Shown here: positions 49,171 to 62,436 of the stretch, piece by piece | Layout: each line of letters begins with the position of its first letter | How positions within the stretch are numbered: position 1 is the stretch's first letter | Origin: Paraphysomonas bandaiensis | Lineage: Eukaryota > Protista > Chrysophyceae | Assembly (NCBI GenBank): GCA_965644295.1 | Contig: CBFFRP010000146.1 | Location: 573,593-637,592, forward strand | Direction of reading: 5' to 3' | DNA length: 64,000 bases | Translations under genes and position numbers: made by a program | The notes under the pieces: generated by a model | The model's input: the letters and a program-made list of their open reading frames with translations, nothing else | What the model was told of the DNA's origin: nothing | Databases searched by the model: none

Positions 49171-50316
49171 TCATCTGCGAAGTAACATTATTTCTCTGCG
49201 GCGTTGCAAAAGTCGTTGCTGTTGAACACGGTAAAATGTCGCATCTTTTGTAGGGAAAGGGGAGACAAGTAGATCTCCAGGAGTAACCATGCCTTTCTTT
49301 GGGAGCGAAATGTTAATTTGATGAGGAAATGCAAATGGAGGACTTGGTTCTGGAGGACATAGAGGGGGGATAGAAGGAAAAGGAATACTGTATGAGTAGC
49401 TAAGTCTCGGGGCAGGCTTTTCATCATCCACAACGTCGCCATTGGAGTGGTTCTTGACGACGTCAGCTCCAACGTCCTCAATATTTCTTGGAGACTCTAT
49501 CTGAGGAAGAATCGCAGGAATATCAGTTGTTATATTCGACGCGAGCATCTGTTCTTCTTTTCGGGGAGAATCAGAGGAACTTCTTGGAAACCTGGAGGTG
49601 TCATTTAAATGAGGATCGACTTGACACACCGCTTCAAGGACACGTTTCAGATGCTTGTTGTGAGTATGTATTACGCATTCTAAGTTCTGATTTAAAGGGT
49701 GACCTGATACAACCCCTAAATGAGAGGCACGGCTTCCTTTTCTCTTGTACGCTGTTTGTGAGATGAATTTACCCACCTCATGTGACCTAACAATAGCGTT
49801 CCCTTCCACGTGTTTAGTTTTTAGTACACTACTACGCTTATGAGATAGAACTGAATCAGGTGCTGACATGTAACTATCATCAACCAAAGTATTAAGCTTA
49901 TCCATACGAAGCTTTCGTGCGGCAAAGTCCGATGACAGCGAAATGATGAACTCCTCAAAACTAACGTCACCAGTTCCATCGGAATCGAGACCTTTGAACA
50001 GACTAATAACATCCTTTTTGTTCTTCATGACCCCTCCAGAAAGAAGAACCATTGCAAGATCATTGATGTCAATACCACTATGTCGTTTAGTCATACTATT
50101 GAACCATTTCCTGTACTTCCGGAGTTGAGAATCAGACATGTTGCCTATATGCTTCAGGAAGAAAGATCTCTCCTCCTGTGATCGTGCCACGGGAGATAGG
50201 GTAATTTTGGGGTGAGCAGGAGACCTTTTTGGGTTTATTGGACTTAGTATTGTTACGTTGTGATTTGAAATTGGGGACATCGTATCCACTTGAAGAGTTT
50301 TCCTTGTCCCGTTCAT
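49171..50316 (-). CDS. EF-hand-containing protein
   Basis: 381-aa ORF with LFKGLDSDGTGDVSFEEF. Confidence 0.7.
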   Translation of the reverse strand: MNGTRKTLQVDTMSPISNHNVTILSPINPKRSPAHPKITLSPVARSQEERSFFLKHIGNMSDSQLRKYRKWFNSMTKRHSGIDINDLAMVLLSGGVMKNKKDVISLFKGLDSDGTGDVSFEEFIISLSSDFAARKLRMDKLNTLVDDSYMSAPDSVLSHKRSSVLKTKHVEGNAIVRSHEVGKFISQTAYKRKGSRASHLGVVSGHPLNQNLECVIHTHNKHLKRVLEAVCQVDPHLNDTSRFPRSSSDSPRKEEQMLASNITTDIPAILPQIESPRNIEDVGADVVKNHSNGDVVDDEKPAPRLSYSYSIPFPSIPPLCPPEPSPPFAFPHQINISLPKKGMVTPGDLLVSPFPTKDATFYRVQQQRLLQRRREIMLLRR

Positions 50317-52095
50317 CGTGAGAGTCCTTGACCACGTATAGCAGCTATGGTGCTAGAGATTACCAACGACAGATAACATATAAGGACATTATATATTGAA
50401 TATGCTGCTCGAGCATGATATTTATGTCATATTTTCTTGCACTAGTGAAAGGTTTGGCTGTGATCAGTGCGTGTCTTGCTTGAGGCACTCGACGTGCGAT
50501 GTGAAACAGTAGAAACGATCTGTGGCTAATCACTCTTGATCAAAGCGATGTGATTCGTCTATTATGTGGAGATGTACTCTGATTGGATGGGATATTTTTG
50601 GACAGCTGGTAAGCTTGTGGTATACCACCGTATACCACTGTATACCGTATAAGCGCATAGCTGAGCAAGCATCTCATCCAGGCAGGCACTGCACAGCTGT
50701 ACATATCGTGGACAGCAAGGCTCTCTTGCAGCAATGCTTATCATCCATTACTCTAATAGCAGTTATGTAGCAGTGTCTAGATGTGGATATCTAACTATAG
50801 ATGCAGTATGTATTCATATATATACTGTGTGTATTGAATGGCTGTAGAGGTCAATATGAGAGCTACACATATACGTTGACATCAATGCGCTCCTCATGGA
50901 GTACAGTACAGGAGAAGTATGTGGCTATTCGTTTGATAAACTTCATGTGATCTTAGTATACTCTGTAAACCTGCTCAGAGAAAATGATCTGTTTCATTTA
51001 ACGATTATCCATAGAATGGACATATCCCTAATATACACCATATGGCCCTGTGGCAATACAGTCTACACTTGCAAACGATAATTTTGTTCCGAGTACATGT
51101 TCCGAGATGTATAAAGCATTACTATTGCTTTAATAAAATACATACTAGTCTTGTCTAAGATGTACTACTAAATTCTGATTTGAATTACCGGATAACTTTC
51201 AATGATTGTGTCTGCATTCGCACCAGTGGTACTAGTTAAGAGTAACCTTCAATAAAGAGCAGTAATTTTAACGAGAGAACCATTGATTTCTAGTCACAAA
51301 ATCATAAGTTTTAACTTTATTTGACATAACGTTTTATTTTTTCCAGAACAGTAGTTGTACTTTGAGTCGTTGCCAAGTACTATTTGTGGATTTAGACATA
51401 CAGAATACAGACATACCACTCCAGTTAGCTTTGATGCTTAAATACCAGATATTATAATAATTCCACGCACTTTGCATAATATATGTAAAATCTGTTCTCT
51501 TTACCATATGTTCGCCAATCAATCCCATATCGTCCAAAGTATCTCATATAGAATGCAGATTTAAGCTCAGTAAAAGTAAGAAGAATGTTATCATTATTAG
51601 AACGTAAAGTGATGAACACACTAATGTATAAAAGTGAATAATAATGCAGAACATAACTATCACACAAAACGGAATAGTTAGAAGTATAACTGACAATGAT
51701 GATCGTTATGATGACGATTAAATATCTTCAACATGTACAATCATTAATTCAGTTCATGATTGAACATTATATTTCACATACACTATCATATATTTAGATT
51801 AATCCTAATATATAGATATGCATCAATAACTAAAATTACATTCTTCGTAACTAATAACTAAATTCGCTGTTTCCTCATACAAACTATAGACTCTCTTTCA
51901 TTGCACTATATTTTGTAATGTTTATTCAAAATGTGATCTTGCAGTGGTATATGACACTTAGTCTAGTTGTACTTGATGCGTCCCTGCAAACATGGTATCA
52001 TACAAAGTATTTAACTATTAAAGATATTACTACATCGTCTAGCACTAGTTGTGAAGTGTTAAGCAACATATATATACACTATGTCTCCGCCAGAG

Positions 52096-55000
52096 TTAAT
52101 CTTCAAAGTCATCTTCAAATTCGTCTTCAAAATTATCGTCGTAGTAATCCTCTGCGTCATCTCCAACTGGAGAACCGGCATTAGGAACAGCTTGGGGCTC
52201 CTGAACTACAGGTTCTGTTTCTAGCTTAGTAGGCCCTTCCGTCGGCTCTGCAGCATCAAAACTATAATTGTATGAGTCAGCCTCTCCAATTTCGGGAGGG
52301 TCACTCGGTTGCGGCTTTTCATCTACACTTCTCTGTCCGTTGCACTCAGCTGTTGAGGTATCTGCATGACATGTGGTTAAACACAACTTGTGAGGGAAAA
52401 TGTCTTACGTTCTACTGGTGGCTCTGAAACTGGAGGAGCAGCGGAAAGAAATTGCCGGTGATCAGCAAGCGCGGCTTCCTTGAGGCCCTCCATTGCTTCT
52501 CTCATGTCGCTTATCTCATCCTGGTAGTCGTTGCAACGATCTGTCATATTAACATAACTCTCCTGTAGCTTCTCGAGATCGTTCGTTCGTTCACGTAATT
52601 CCTCAAAGAGCTCCTCTTCATTTTGTCTGGCACTATCTCTTTCCTCAGTGAGAACCTCAATCTGGTTAACTAAGTCTTCTTTCTCGCTTTCCCACTCGCA
52701 CTGCTGCGCGCGGGCCGTTTCCACTTCCTCCTCCAGCCTGGACACTCGTCCTTCCTCTTCCTCCACGCGTCGACGCAAGGACTCCACAAGTTTGCTATCT
52801 CGCTCAGAGTTAGCCTGATACATCAGAAGCTCAGTCTGCAATCCCGCCTTTTCTTCCACTTGCTCCTTCAGCGAGTGCTGCAACGATCGGTTTTCATTCG
52901 AGACGGAGGCATGCAACTCTTCCAGCTGCGCTCGAAGTGTCCTCTCCTTTGACAACAATCCCTCTACTTCGTGAAGCTTCGTGAGCGCTTCCCGTAACTG
53001 TTCCTCAAGGCCCTGCTTCTCAGTGCTGAGTGCAAGTTTCTCACTGGCAAGCTTTTGTTCAAGGGCCATTTTCTCATCTGCTAAATTTTCCATACGCTGA
53101 AAAGAACAGCTAGGTCAGAAAACACACAAGCTGAAAATGAGTACCACCTTGCGTACTTCCTCCTGCTTCTTCGATGCATCTCGTTCAGATGCCGTGTGTA
53201 AATGATTGGTAGATTGGGCAACGGATTCCGCAGTTTGGCGGAGCAAAGCTAAAGCCGACAATATTACTTCCGGTTCAACATTGACCTCACTAGAGGCCGT
53301 AATCTCCCCTGCGCCACCAGAGCTTCGCCAGCAATTAATTCCAAACCTCAAGCAAGCCACATTCCCCTCCCATCTGAGAGCATTAATGCGAATATATCGA
53401 GCTCTAGCAGCAGAGCGCCGGTCCACAGTACTGATAACTATTTTCTGAATATCGTGTGCCTGGTTAAGGTTAAGATTCACCTCATCTGTACCATTGTATG
53501 CAACCCCGTCAGCCGACCATTCCACCCGCACGGCAGACACCCACGCCTCTCCAGTCCCATCCTTCCCCTCTACCTTTTCAGCAGCACGTGGGGATAGCTG
53601 AGGCGGTGGTAACAGAGAGGTGCCTAGAGGTATTCCCTCCTTATTGCAGTAAGCTACAACCGCAAGATGCTGAAGGAAAAGGTTTGTGAGTTCACAATCC
53701 ATCCCAGCCACTATCGCAGAAGCGCTTGTGGCCGCTGGCATATGCAAATACTCGGATACAAAGGAAAGAATCTACATGACACATTACAAATAGTTATTGT
53801 GATATATACAGCGCCTTACAGCATCCATGAACTGCATCTTGGATTGCTTCGATGCCCCGACCACCTCCCAGTTAGTTAAGTCCTCCTTGGAATCGATAGA
53901 TAAGCGGCACTCACGGGAAACCAAGCAAATCAAGTCGAACATGAAGCGTACTGGGGGGCGCTTGAGAAATTTTTCGGGTGGGTTCTTCTTTATTAGCGCC
54001 TCCCACGATATTATATCACCCAGAGCTTTCACTGTACATTCTACAGACCCGTCGCATGAAACAAGACCAACTCCGCATGGAAGTGTAACTCCTCTTGTAT
54101 CACTACTAGCAGGAGTCGTCTCGGGTTGCATACTTGTCGGTATTATCCCGCCCTGGAGACATACAGAAGAAAGTAGTTCACTGTCGGGAAGAGTAATATC
54201 CACATATGGAGTAGGAGTATTAGACGATACGACCCAGCACTCCGGGCCATTCAGTGAAGCGCGGTTAATAGGTACACGGTTGCTGCAGTTCACACCTTCG
54301 TATACTTTTATAGGTTGCTCACACATTTCCTCGGACTCAGTATGTGGTGATGACGGGGCTCTAACTTTGTCCAGGCTCCCTCCAGAAGCGAAGTAGGACT
54401 GAATCTCTGCCATACATCGCTTCACCTCGTTGGCAATGGTATCACCTGCGAGGCGTTCCTCTTCGTCATCACCGGACATCAGCCTCCCAAGATTGCCTCT
54501 GAGTAGTTCCTCCATCTTAGCAGCCAGCGTACTAAACCCAATCACCACATCAAATAGTTTGCTTGTGGCTGCAGCATGGTTGGCACGCTTTTCTTCCGCC
54601 TGACGCACCACCAGTCCGAACCCTCGAGATACTTGTGAAGAATCTAAGCTACCCTCACTCCTGTGTGTACATATAGTAACATTATATGTCACACAGGCAC
54701 TATATACAAGTACATTGCTTGCACTACAGCATATATATTACCCCGATTTTGAGTCTTCCCATTGCCGCTGTGCGGTCCGTACGCTTTCCAGGAAGGACCC
54801 TATGGCCGCCATTAGGCGACCCTGAATCTTCACCCATTTTCCAGTTTCAGTATGCAAGGCCTGGAACTTATCTCTTAATTGTTTCCACATTCCAACCGCC
54901 ATCCTGTCTGCTACAGCTCCCGGCCCTCTATCTTTATCTTTGCCTGCACCCTCCACCAGTGCTTCCCCGTCACGGTGCAGTGCCCCACGGTAGACCTCCA

Positions 55001-56697
55001 CAATTGTGAACTGCTCCGACAGCTCACCCTCTAGTCGCAGCACATCCCTTAGATCACTTGCCCAACTACCCAAACTTCCCCCTGCATCAGGATGCACAGC
55101 CCGCAACATATCTCTCAAGTGAGATATGGATAGGTCAATATCGGCTTTTTTCTCCAGTAGACGCCAGTTATCCTCGCGCTGCTGTTTCAGCTTTCGTTGG
55201 GCTTCTTGCTGCTCCTGTTCCAGCCGTATACGCTCCCTTTCGTGTTCTGCAGAAATGCGGGCTTTATCTTCCCACGTACTCCGCATCGCCTCCTCCAGGT
55301 CGCGCAATTGCTGCTGGTGCTTAGCCTCTAATAAGGAGGTATCCACCTGTTATAGAGACAATACTTTACATAGTTTCGGGGATTACGTTAAACACGTACA
55401 GAGTTATTCTGAGACAAAAGCTTCTCCTTCAGCAACTTTATTTCTTCATTGAGGCGGTTAACTTGAGAAGATTCGTCGTTCTTGACTGCGCGCACCTACA
55501 GAATCCTTACGTCCAGTTGCACACATATCGTAGTCAGGTCATACCTTGATGGCTTTGGCTCTGTTAGCATACTTTAGCGTCGACAGCGTCTCCTCAAAGT
55601 TACATAAAGCAGGAGACAGTGCCGCTATCATCACTGTAATACTATTTCCTCCTAGGCTCTCCTGTAGCACACGGGTAAGTTTAGAGTTCCTGTACGGCAC
55701 AAAGGCTCCTTTCTTCCCCTTCGCTTGCTCCACAAGTGCGTTTATTACATTTCCCAAAGCCGAAAGCGACTTATTTATGTTGGCACCCTCCTTTAGAGTC
55801 GCTCCAGTGGCACCTGTACTTTTTACACGTTCACTTCCAGCCAGGTCGACGAGATTAACTTTGGCGAAAAGGTTTTTCGACTCTTCCTCAGTGTCCTTCT
55901 GGTGAATCTTTATAGTAAATACGCTGTGGGATCGGGAGGAGTCAGCGTTCATTTGTGTAGAAGCCGTTGTTCTAGATCGCATACCCTGGTCTATAATATC
56001 TTGCATCTTCTTCGGGGAGTCAACTACCATTTCTTGCAAGCCCTTAACGTACACGCCCAGTACTGGGTGTTCCTTGATCTCCAGTCCGCTCTTAGATCGT
56101 TTTTTGCGGTCAGACGGGTCTAACAGATCCTGGTATTATAACATCATCACTACATAACTAAACGCATAAGAACTGAACTCACAAATATGACTTCATTGTA
56201 CAGTTCGAAATATGAGGCTGTCACTAAAAATTGTAGGTTGGGATTAGATGCCTTCTCTCTGGCAATTCTTTCGAACACAGAACTATTCATTCTTGGAATT
56301 ACCCCTTGCAAGTTGCCATCTGCCCCTTGCATGCTCCATGTTTTACCACTACCTGCACATCAAATATACCATAACCCACACCCCACGTGGTGCAATAAAC
56401 ACTGTCACCTGTTTGCCCATAAGCAAATATCGTTCCATTGTAACCAGAAAAAGCTTTCTCTAATATCGGCATGCCTATGCTACTCCACACCTGAGGCTGA
56501 GTCGAGTTCTCATCAAACAATAGATCGAATGCAAAGGTGTGGTCTTCTCCAGCAGGGCTTCTTATAACGAGCTGCTGAGATGATATGCTCACACATTTCG
56601 TCATATCTGACATGCCCTTCTCCCTCTCGTTCAGAGGACGGCACCTCACTGCCACACGCACATTGGTGTCCTCTTGACTGGACATTACACCCTCCAT
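52096..56697 (-). CDS. Kinesin with coiled coils, a split discoidin (F5/8C) domain and an IFT54/MIP-T3-like CH domain, multi-exon
   Basis: VRVAVRCRP, GYNGTIFAYGQTG|SGKT, NADSSRSH, DLAGSE, VPYRNSKLTRVLQ; the downstream junctions I examined join through short GT-AG introns; acidic C-terminal tail. Confidence 0.8.
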
Positions 56698-57038
56698 GGT
56701 ATATGGAATTATATTACTATTGTGCGGGATGGTCTGCGTGCATATCAGATCGTGTTAACATACAGCTACAGCCAGCCTGCAGTAGCATACATACATACAT
56801 ACCGCTACATCTTACATATAAAACGGAAGTCTACAGCAGGTCATGGGTATAAATATCCCCACTTTATAGCCTGAAAATCTGTTTTTGTGTATCACGATAT
56901 GGAGATATCCACCTACAGTACAATAATACCCATTTTGTCTAGTCCAAAGTTCAAATATCCAGATATATTGCAGGCGGTGTCATGAGAGACGAGGACAGCA
57001 GAGTGTAGGCCAGTGCACCAGTCAGCATATATGCATGG

Positions 57039-57266
57039 GTGGAATGTATACCACAATCTATTGAGGGAATGGAACCATCGCAGGATAACAAAATTGAGGA
57101 TTGTATTGGCTGTAAAGTTATTGGTGTGTGTACATTTGGCGGAATATCTGCATACGCTGCGAAACTGTTTGTATCGACGCCGAAATCTAACAGAACACAG
57201 CGCATCTTTTTATCGTGTATGGGTTTAGGTGCATTGAGTGTAGCTGCAGTGAGGTTGTTCGATTAA
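57039..57266 (+). CDS. DUF4536 / DMAC1-like small membrane protein
   Basis: EDCIGCKVIG followed by two hydrophobic helices. Confidence 0.7.
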   Translation: MECIPQSIEGMEPSQDNKIEDCIGCKVIGVCTFGGISAYAAKLFVSTPKSNRTQRIFLSCMGLGALSVAAVRLFD

Positions 57267-57511
57267 TACATACCTCAAAGTGATATTCAGTTGTGCGTTG
57301 TAAGATATACTGTTAGTTTAGGTCACCTGTAATATTAGGAGTCTTCATGCATTTAACTTGATTCATATTTTATCATGAGCGTATCTTCTTCAGATTTACT
57401 TGTTATTAATTTGCCACTATAGTCTACGTATGACGAATGTAGAGTATACTGTAAGTAAATAAAACTGTTGTCATGTCGAGGCTATATTGTGATTAGACAA
57501 AATGGGAATGT

Positions 57512-57641
57512 AGTTATATTTAACCACGGGTAATAAGGAGGCTACATCGTCCCATGCACAAAATTTAGAACGAGGGGAATAGTCCAAGTTTTAAATTTAG
57601 ACCAGGGACGATACACCTTCTTCCTAGGTTAAATTGTAGCT
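57512..57641. mobile_element. MITE-like fold-back element
   Basis: Imperfect inverted arms TTTAACC..GG..AAGG...ATCGTCCC / GGGACGAT..ACCTT..CC..GGTTAAA; a related deleted copy lies at ~41593-41630. Confidence 0.55.
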
Positions 57642-57669
57642 TCTCTGTTGATTATTGCTGCTTGTGTGT

Positions 57670-57965
57670 CAAAGGAGTCGACAATTATCCTTATCGTAGT
57701 CTACTGGGTGCCATGCTATTTCTATCGATGAATAGACATTCAGATATTGCGTATGCTGTTGGTTTGTTGTCAAGATACGCTTCGAAGTCTACGGCTACAT
57801 GTAAATTGATGATGTATATGTTTCAATTCATCAGGGGTACAGTGCGGAAAGGTATTCGGTTCAGTGGTGAGAGTTTTGACATGCATACTTTCACAAATGC
57901 CGACTGGGCTGGTGATATCGTGTCTCGTCATTCAAATACTGGTAATATTGACTTTGCAGTGGTGG
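57670..57965 (+). mobile_element. Ty1/Copia RT-RNase H junction relic
   Basis: YPYRSLLGAMLFLS..HSDIAYAVGLLSRY ... NADWAGD..SRHS.TG. Confidence 0.85.
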
Positions 57966-58779
57966 ACACCTGGCATCAGTATTACAAGTTACTGTATCTA
58001 CTTCTTCAGGCTATATATTTTTCAGATATTTCTACTAAGTTGAGATTTTATTCGATTCTACTAAATCTAAATGTCATTGAATTTGTTACTTTGTTAGAAA
58101 CCTCTGCAAGATTTAGTAGGAACGAATGGCCACTTTCGTAGGTTTAAAAACGATATAGCTATGAAGATAGATCGCTTGAACTGTCATGATTGTGATCTTC
58201 CACATCAGATAAAGGTTGAAATATAACGTGGAGAGTTTGATTTCCCTTTTCCCTACGGTTGTGTAGCATCATGAAATCACTTTCAAGTGACTGTCAAATA
58301 GTTTCTGTATAAACAGAATACTGAATATGAATGTATATATATATCTGGCGCTACTATGAGCGTTCTGTTGAACCTATTTTAGGTTGAAAAACAATTTTTA
58401 GAGTCAAAAAGGGGATAAAATCATATTTGACGATATTTAATACTATGTAGAGTCTGCAGTAGATATTATCATAAGTAAGGTGTATGCACTTCCAGAATAC
58501 AAGCACGTTTCTTTTAGAAGTTATTAATGTGTACTTTCATATCAGCGCACTGCTGTATCGTAGAGATAACTTCTATGCATTAATAAATCTAGCAGTCAGT
58601 TGTGTAATAATAACATAGTGAGCGATGAAACGCAGTTCACAAATCTTAGACACATGATGATGACAACACAATATATACTTTCAAATACAACTGCTTGTCA
58701 ATCGCAGCTCATCTGCTCTATAAATAATCACAACTTTTGATCCACTGTGATTCCACCATGCGCATCCAGGTCAGTTTAT

Positions 58780-60132
58780 TCAAGGAACCCGGGTGGGATA
58801 CTTGGATGACAGAAACTCAAGTAACCTCTCTGATTGTTGACGGGATGTTGTCTCCACTATACACTTCACTTGCACAAGATCTACAGCTTGAGCATTCGAC
58901 AGCCAAGCCCGCTCATGGTAAATATCTTTTATACTCCCTCCGTGGTCGCTAATATCCTTTGTCAGTCTAGCCATTCCTCCCGGTCTATCTGATATTGTAC
59001 ATATGAATCGTATGAGACGCCCATCTGAGGCCAGTCCCCTCTCAATCACACGACCCAACATAGTGGTGTCTACATTTCCTCCACAGACGCACAACACAAC
59101 CTTTTTTCCTTCAAACTTTCCATATAAAGGTCCGCCGGGCATTAATGCGGCCAGTGCTGCAGCACCCCCTCCTTCTACTACGATTTTCTCCATCTCGACA
59201 AGCCGGAGCATGGCCAAGGCAATAGACTGCTCCCGCACCTGCGCAACAGCATCCACAAACCTGCGAGCGATGCGAAATGAGGTCGGTCCCACCACTGGAA
59301 CCGCTAACCCGTCAGCTAAGGTTGGCTCACGGAATCCATTGACCGGTTCACCGGCAGCAAGTGCAGATGTGAACGAGGCGACGTTCTCAGGCTCCACACC
59401 AATCACCTCTGTACGTGGTCGCAGTGTCTTTATGGCCATAGACACACCAGCAATTAGCCCACAGCCGCCAACAGGAACCAGAATAGCATCAGGACTAGAA
59501 ACTTGTTCAAGAATTTCTATGCCCATTGTGCCAGCCCCTGCACATATCTCAGGGTCGTCGTAACCATTTACGTATTTCAGTTGTTCGAACTCTTTCTGAG
59601 CGAATTCCTTTGCTTCTCCGATGTGTGCGCCGTGCAGAATAACATTTGCCTTGTACTTACGACACCTCTCAGCCTTTGTGAATGGAGCATTGACAGGCAT
59701 GACACAAGTTACTGGCACCCCAAGTCTGGCGCCGTGGTATGAGAGAGCGAGTGCATGGTTACCAGCAGAAGCACACACAACACCGCGTGCTTTCTCCTCT
59801 TCAGATAGTGACATGAGTGCATTACGAGCGCCCCGCTCCTTGAAGCTTCCCGTCATCTGCATAAAATCCTTCTTAAGATACACATCGGTGCCGCATAGCT
59901 CTGAGATTGCATGCGAGTAGTCGCAATGAGTTCTTACGATACCATCTCGAATAGAAAAATGGGCGCGGGATATATCTTCAAATTGAACTGGGAGGGGGTC
60001 TCTACGCCATGCCTCATCATGGCCTTGGCATAACTCCTGTACAGTGTGATAGGGACTCTCCACTGAAAACCAGCAGCGTAGCGCATGACTGCACACCAAC
60101 TTCCGCCCTAACTGACGGTGGCTTCGCAACAT
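58780..60132 (-). CDS. ilvA: Threonine/serine dehydratase with C-terminal ACT domain, probable mitochondrial presequence
   Basis: QMTGSFKERGA (PLP Lys), SAGNHA, PVGGCGLIAG, GGNVD, DRPGGM ACT motif. Confidence 0.93.
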   Translation of the reverse strand: MLRSHRQLGRKLVCSHALRCWFSVESPYHTVQELCQGHDEAWRRDPLPVQFEDISRAHFSIRDGIVRTHCDYSHAISELCGTDVYLKKDFMQMTGSFKERGARNALMSLSEEEKARGVVCASAGNHALALSYHGARLGVPVTCVMPVNAPFTKAERCRKYKANVILHGAHIGEAKEFAQKEFEQLKYVNGYDDPEICAGAGTMGIEILEQVSSPDAILVPVGGCGLIAGVSMAIKTLRPRTEVIGVEPENVASFTSALAAGEPVNGFREPTLADGLAVPVVGPTSFRIARRFVDAVAQVREQSIALAMLRLVEMEKIVVEGGGAAALAALMPGGPLYGKFEGKKVVLCVCGGNVDTTMLGRVIERGLASDGRLIRFICTISDRPGGMARLTKDISDHGGSIKDIYHERAWLSNAQAVDLVQVKCIVETTSRQQSERLLEFLSSKYPTRVP

Positions 60133-60271
60133 ATTCGAGATAGAAAGAACTATTTGACGACAAGTTGTCAAAGAGACTATGCTGCTATTGTTGATGTTGT
60201 GTCTAAGTTTTGAGCAGAACAAACCTGCCTCACGCCCCCTTCTCGGCCAATCTTTCAGAATTCTACAACCC

Positions 60272-60272
<1 letters not shown>

Positions 60273-60303
<31 letters not shown>
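60273..60303. repeat. (AC)n microsatellite
   Basis: About 15 AC units. Confidence 0.95.
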
Positions 60304-60304
<1 letters not shown>

Positions 60305-60630
60305 GAAATTTTATATGGCACAAAGGACCGTTTTTTTGATAGGATTTACAGTATATCGCCAGTATGACATGCATGTATACTGTACGTATACCGCCATATA
60401 CGACACATAAATGTACACCAGGTACAGCAGTATACCTACAGTATATGGATACTGTAGTATTCCTGTGTAGAGCATAGTTGTCTGTATACGGTATACGCAG
60501 TGTAGTAGATGTGTATGGTATGGTGATGTGTGTGTATGTGGCTTTGAACAATGAAACTCTTGCCCTCAGAATAGGCGGCGTCTAGATATTGTTCGAGGAA
60601 CTCATCTCCATATTCGAAGTGTGCTTTAAT

Positions 60631-61603
60631 ATGTCATCTAGCGATAACTTCACGTTTGTATGCATTCCTGCGAATGATGAGGAGTCACTACGAGAGCTCT
60701 CAGGGCCTCTCTCAGGAGGATTAGAAAACGATAGTGTGCAGAAATATGCGAAGAGCCATTTAATGTCCGATATGGTCAATATATGCTCCCTTGGACTCCC
60801 TTCTCCCACTTGTGGTTATATTGGGGTCAGTTTATACAGTCATATTGAGGGTGCTGATTCGGGTCTGCCTGCCAATAAAAGAGCGACGGATATCGCACAA
60901 GCATGTGGACATAAAAGCGTTGTGGTATATGGGGATGCCTTTTTGTCCCGTTATTATGACAACGAGGATGAAGAATGGAGCAGACGAGACTTGTCTATTG
61001 CAGAAGCTAGCCCTGATGCCGAGTGGGTAGCATATGTTGCGTCAATGAACAAAGGGAAGAATATGAACTCCTACACAACAGGCGGGTCATTGCAGCAGAT
61101 GCTCTCGCAACAAGCCCCCCAACAGCAGCACACTCAAGCCGAAACTGTACCGACAGCTGCAATGGCAGAGGGACCAATTAGCTGGACGCAAACTGGGGAT
61201 GAAATCGAGGTGACTAATGGACTAGATTGTGGATTGTGGAACTAACATACGTACATACTAGGTTCGTGTTGAGATTGGTGAAGGTGTAAAGGCCAAGGAT
61301 GTCAAAGTAGACATACGACCATCATCTATAGCTGTATATCTGCCCGATGCATTGGACACACAGGACGAGGTAGCTAGCGAGGCGAAGAAACTCTCGCTTT
61401 TGAACATTTGTAAGGCTGAAGGCGCGAAGCTTTTCTCAACTATCCATGCAGGTACGACTTCTCCATGCATGCATATCTGGCCCATATATGATTTCTTTTT
61501 AGATGAAAGTACCTGGAGTGTAGACACAGAACACGGAAGCAAAAGCATTGTCCTCTTTCTCGTAAAAACTTCTTATGCTGAATGGCCGTACCTCTGTCAG
61601 TAG
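60631..61603 (+). CDS. CS/p23 (NudC-like) domain protein, 1 intron
   Basis: ISWTQTGDEIE|VRV...VKAKDVKV...DESTWSV...LVK...WP.L. Confidence 0.72.
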
Positions 61604-61871
61604 ATATGTAATATGTATTACTCTGGTGTACGATATGCTCGCCAATGCAAGTTCTTAAATAATTCATTTTTCGTCGTTATGTATTAACGTGTGTGTATTT
61701 CTCAGAATTCTACGACAATTTCCGACCTTCTCACCTGTACGACTCGTTTAGTCAGCAGTATTATAACGCTTATATATGCACATTTCACCACCATTGAATA
61801 TCTAGATGTACACTACGGTTGTGTGAAGTTGTGGATTATATATGATTTACTAGAAACACGCGCCTTACTAA

Positions 61872-61918
61872 CAGGGCTGCGTATCAAGTATTCGCAATTA
61901 ACTATAAATTATTGAAAT
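61872..61918. mobile_element. Orphan hAT TIR of the same family
   Basis: CAGGGCTGCGTATCAA is identical to the right TIR of the 9411-10650 element (reverse complement). Confidence 0.6.
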
Positions 61919-62436
61919 ATGGACAGCATATAACGATCGCACTTGTAATTGACTACTACACCAACTTGCAGCTTGCGATAAACTGGCAATGCGTGCTAGC
62001 TAACTAGACCTTCACAATATATACGTGGTACGTGGTATCTGCGCAAATTCTATAAGGACAGTCGAGACGGTGAAGTGGGCGCGCAATTGCATAAAATCGG
62101 CGCAAAAATATACTGCTAGAATGTGTGGATTGCAAATTGTACACGGGCACCTACATTATCTATTATCTGAATTCTGAATAGGCAGTATATATATTAATGT
62201 AAGTATGTAAGCAGTATGTAAGCTGCCACACAATACATGCACTGCAATTCACTATTACACCCATTTATACTAATAGCTCATATTATTATTCATCATAAAT
62301 AACAAGTTCAGATAAATAGTTCTGCAACTTCCGCTTGCACTAAGATAATCGAGAACATATAAATAATCCAATTTGGGCGGCTAGCACACAGACAAGTGCA
62401 AATCTAATATTCAACTCCAAAAAAACATTTCATCAT

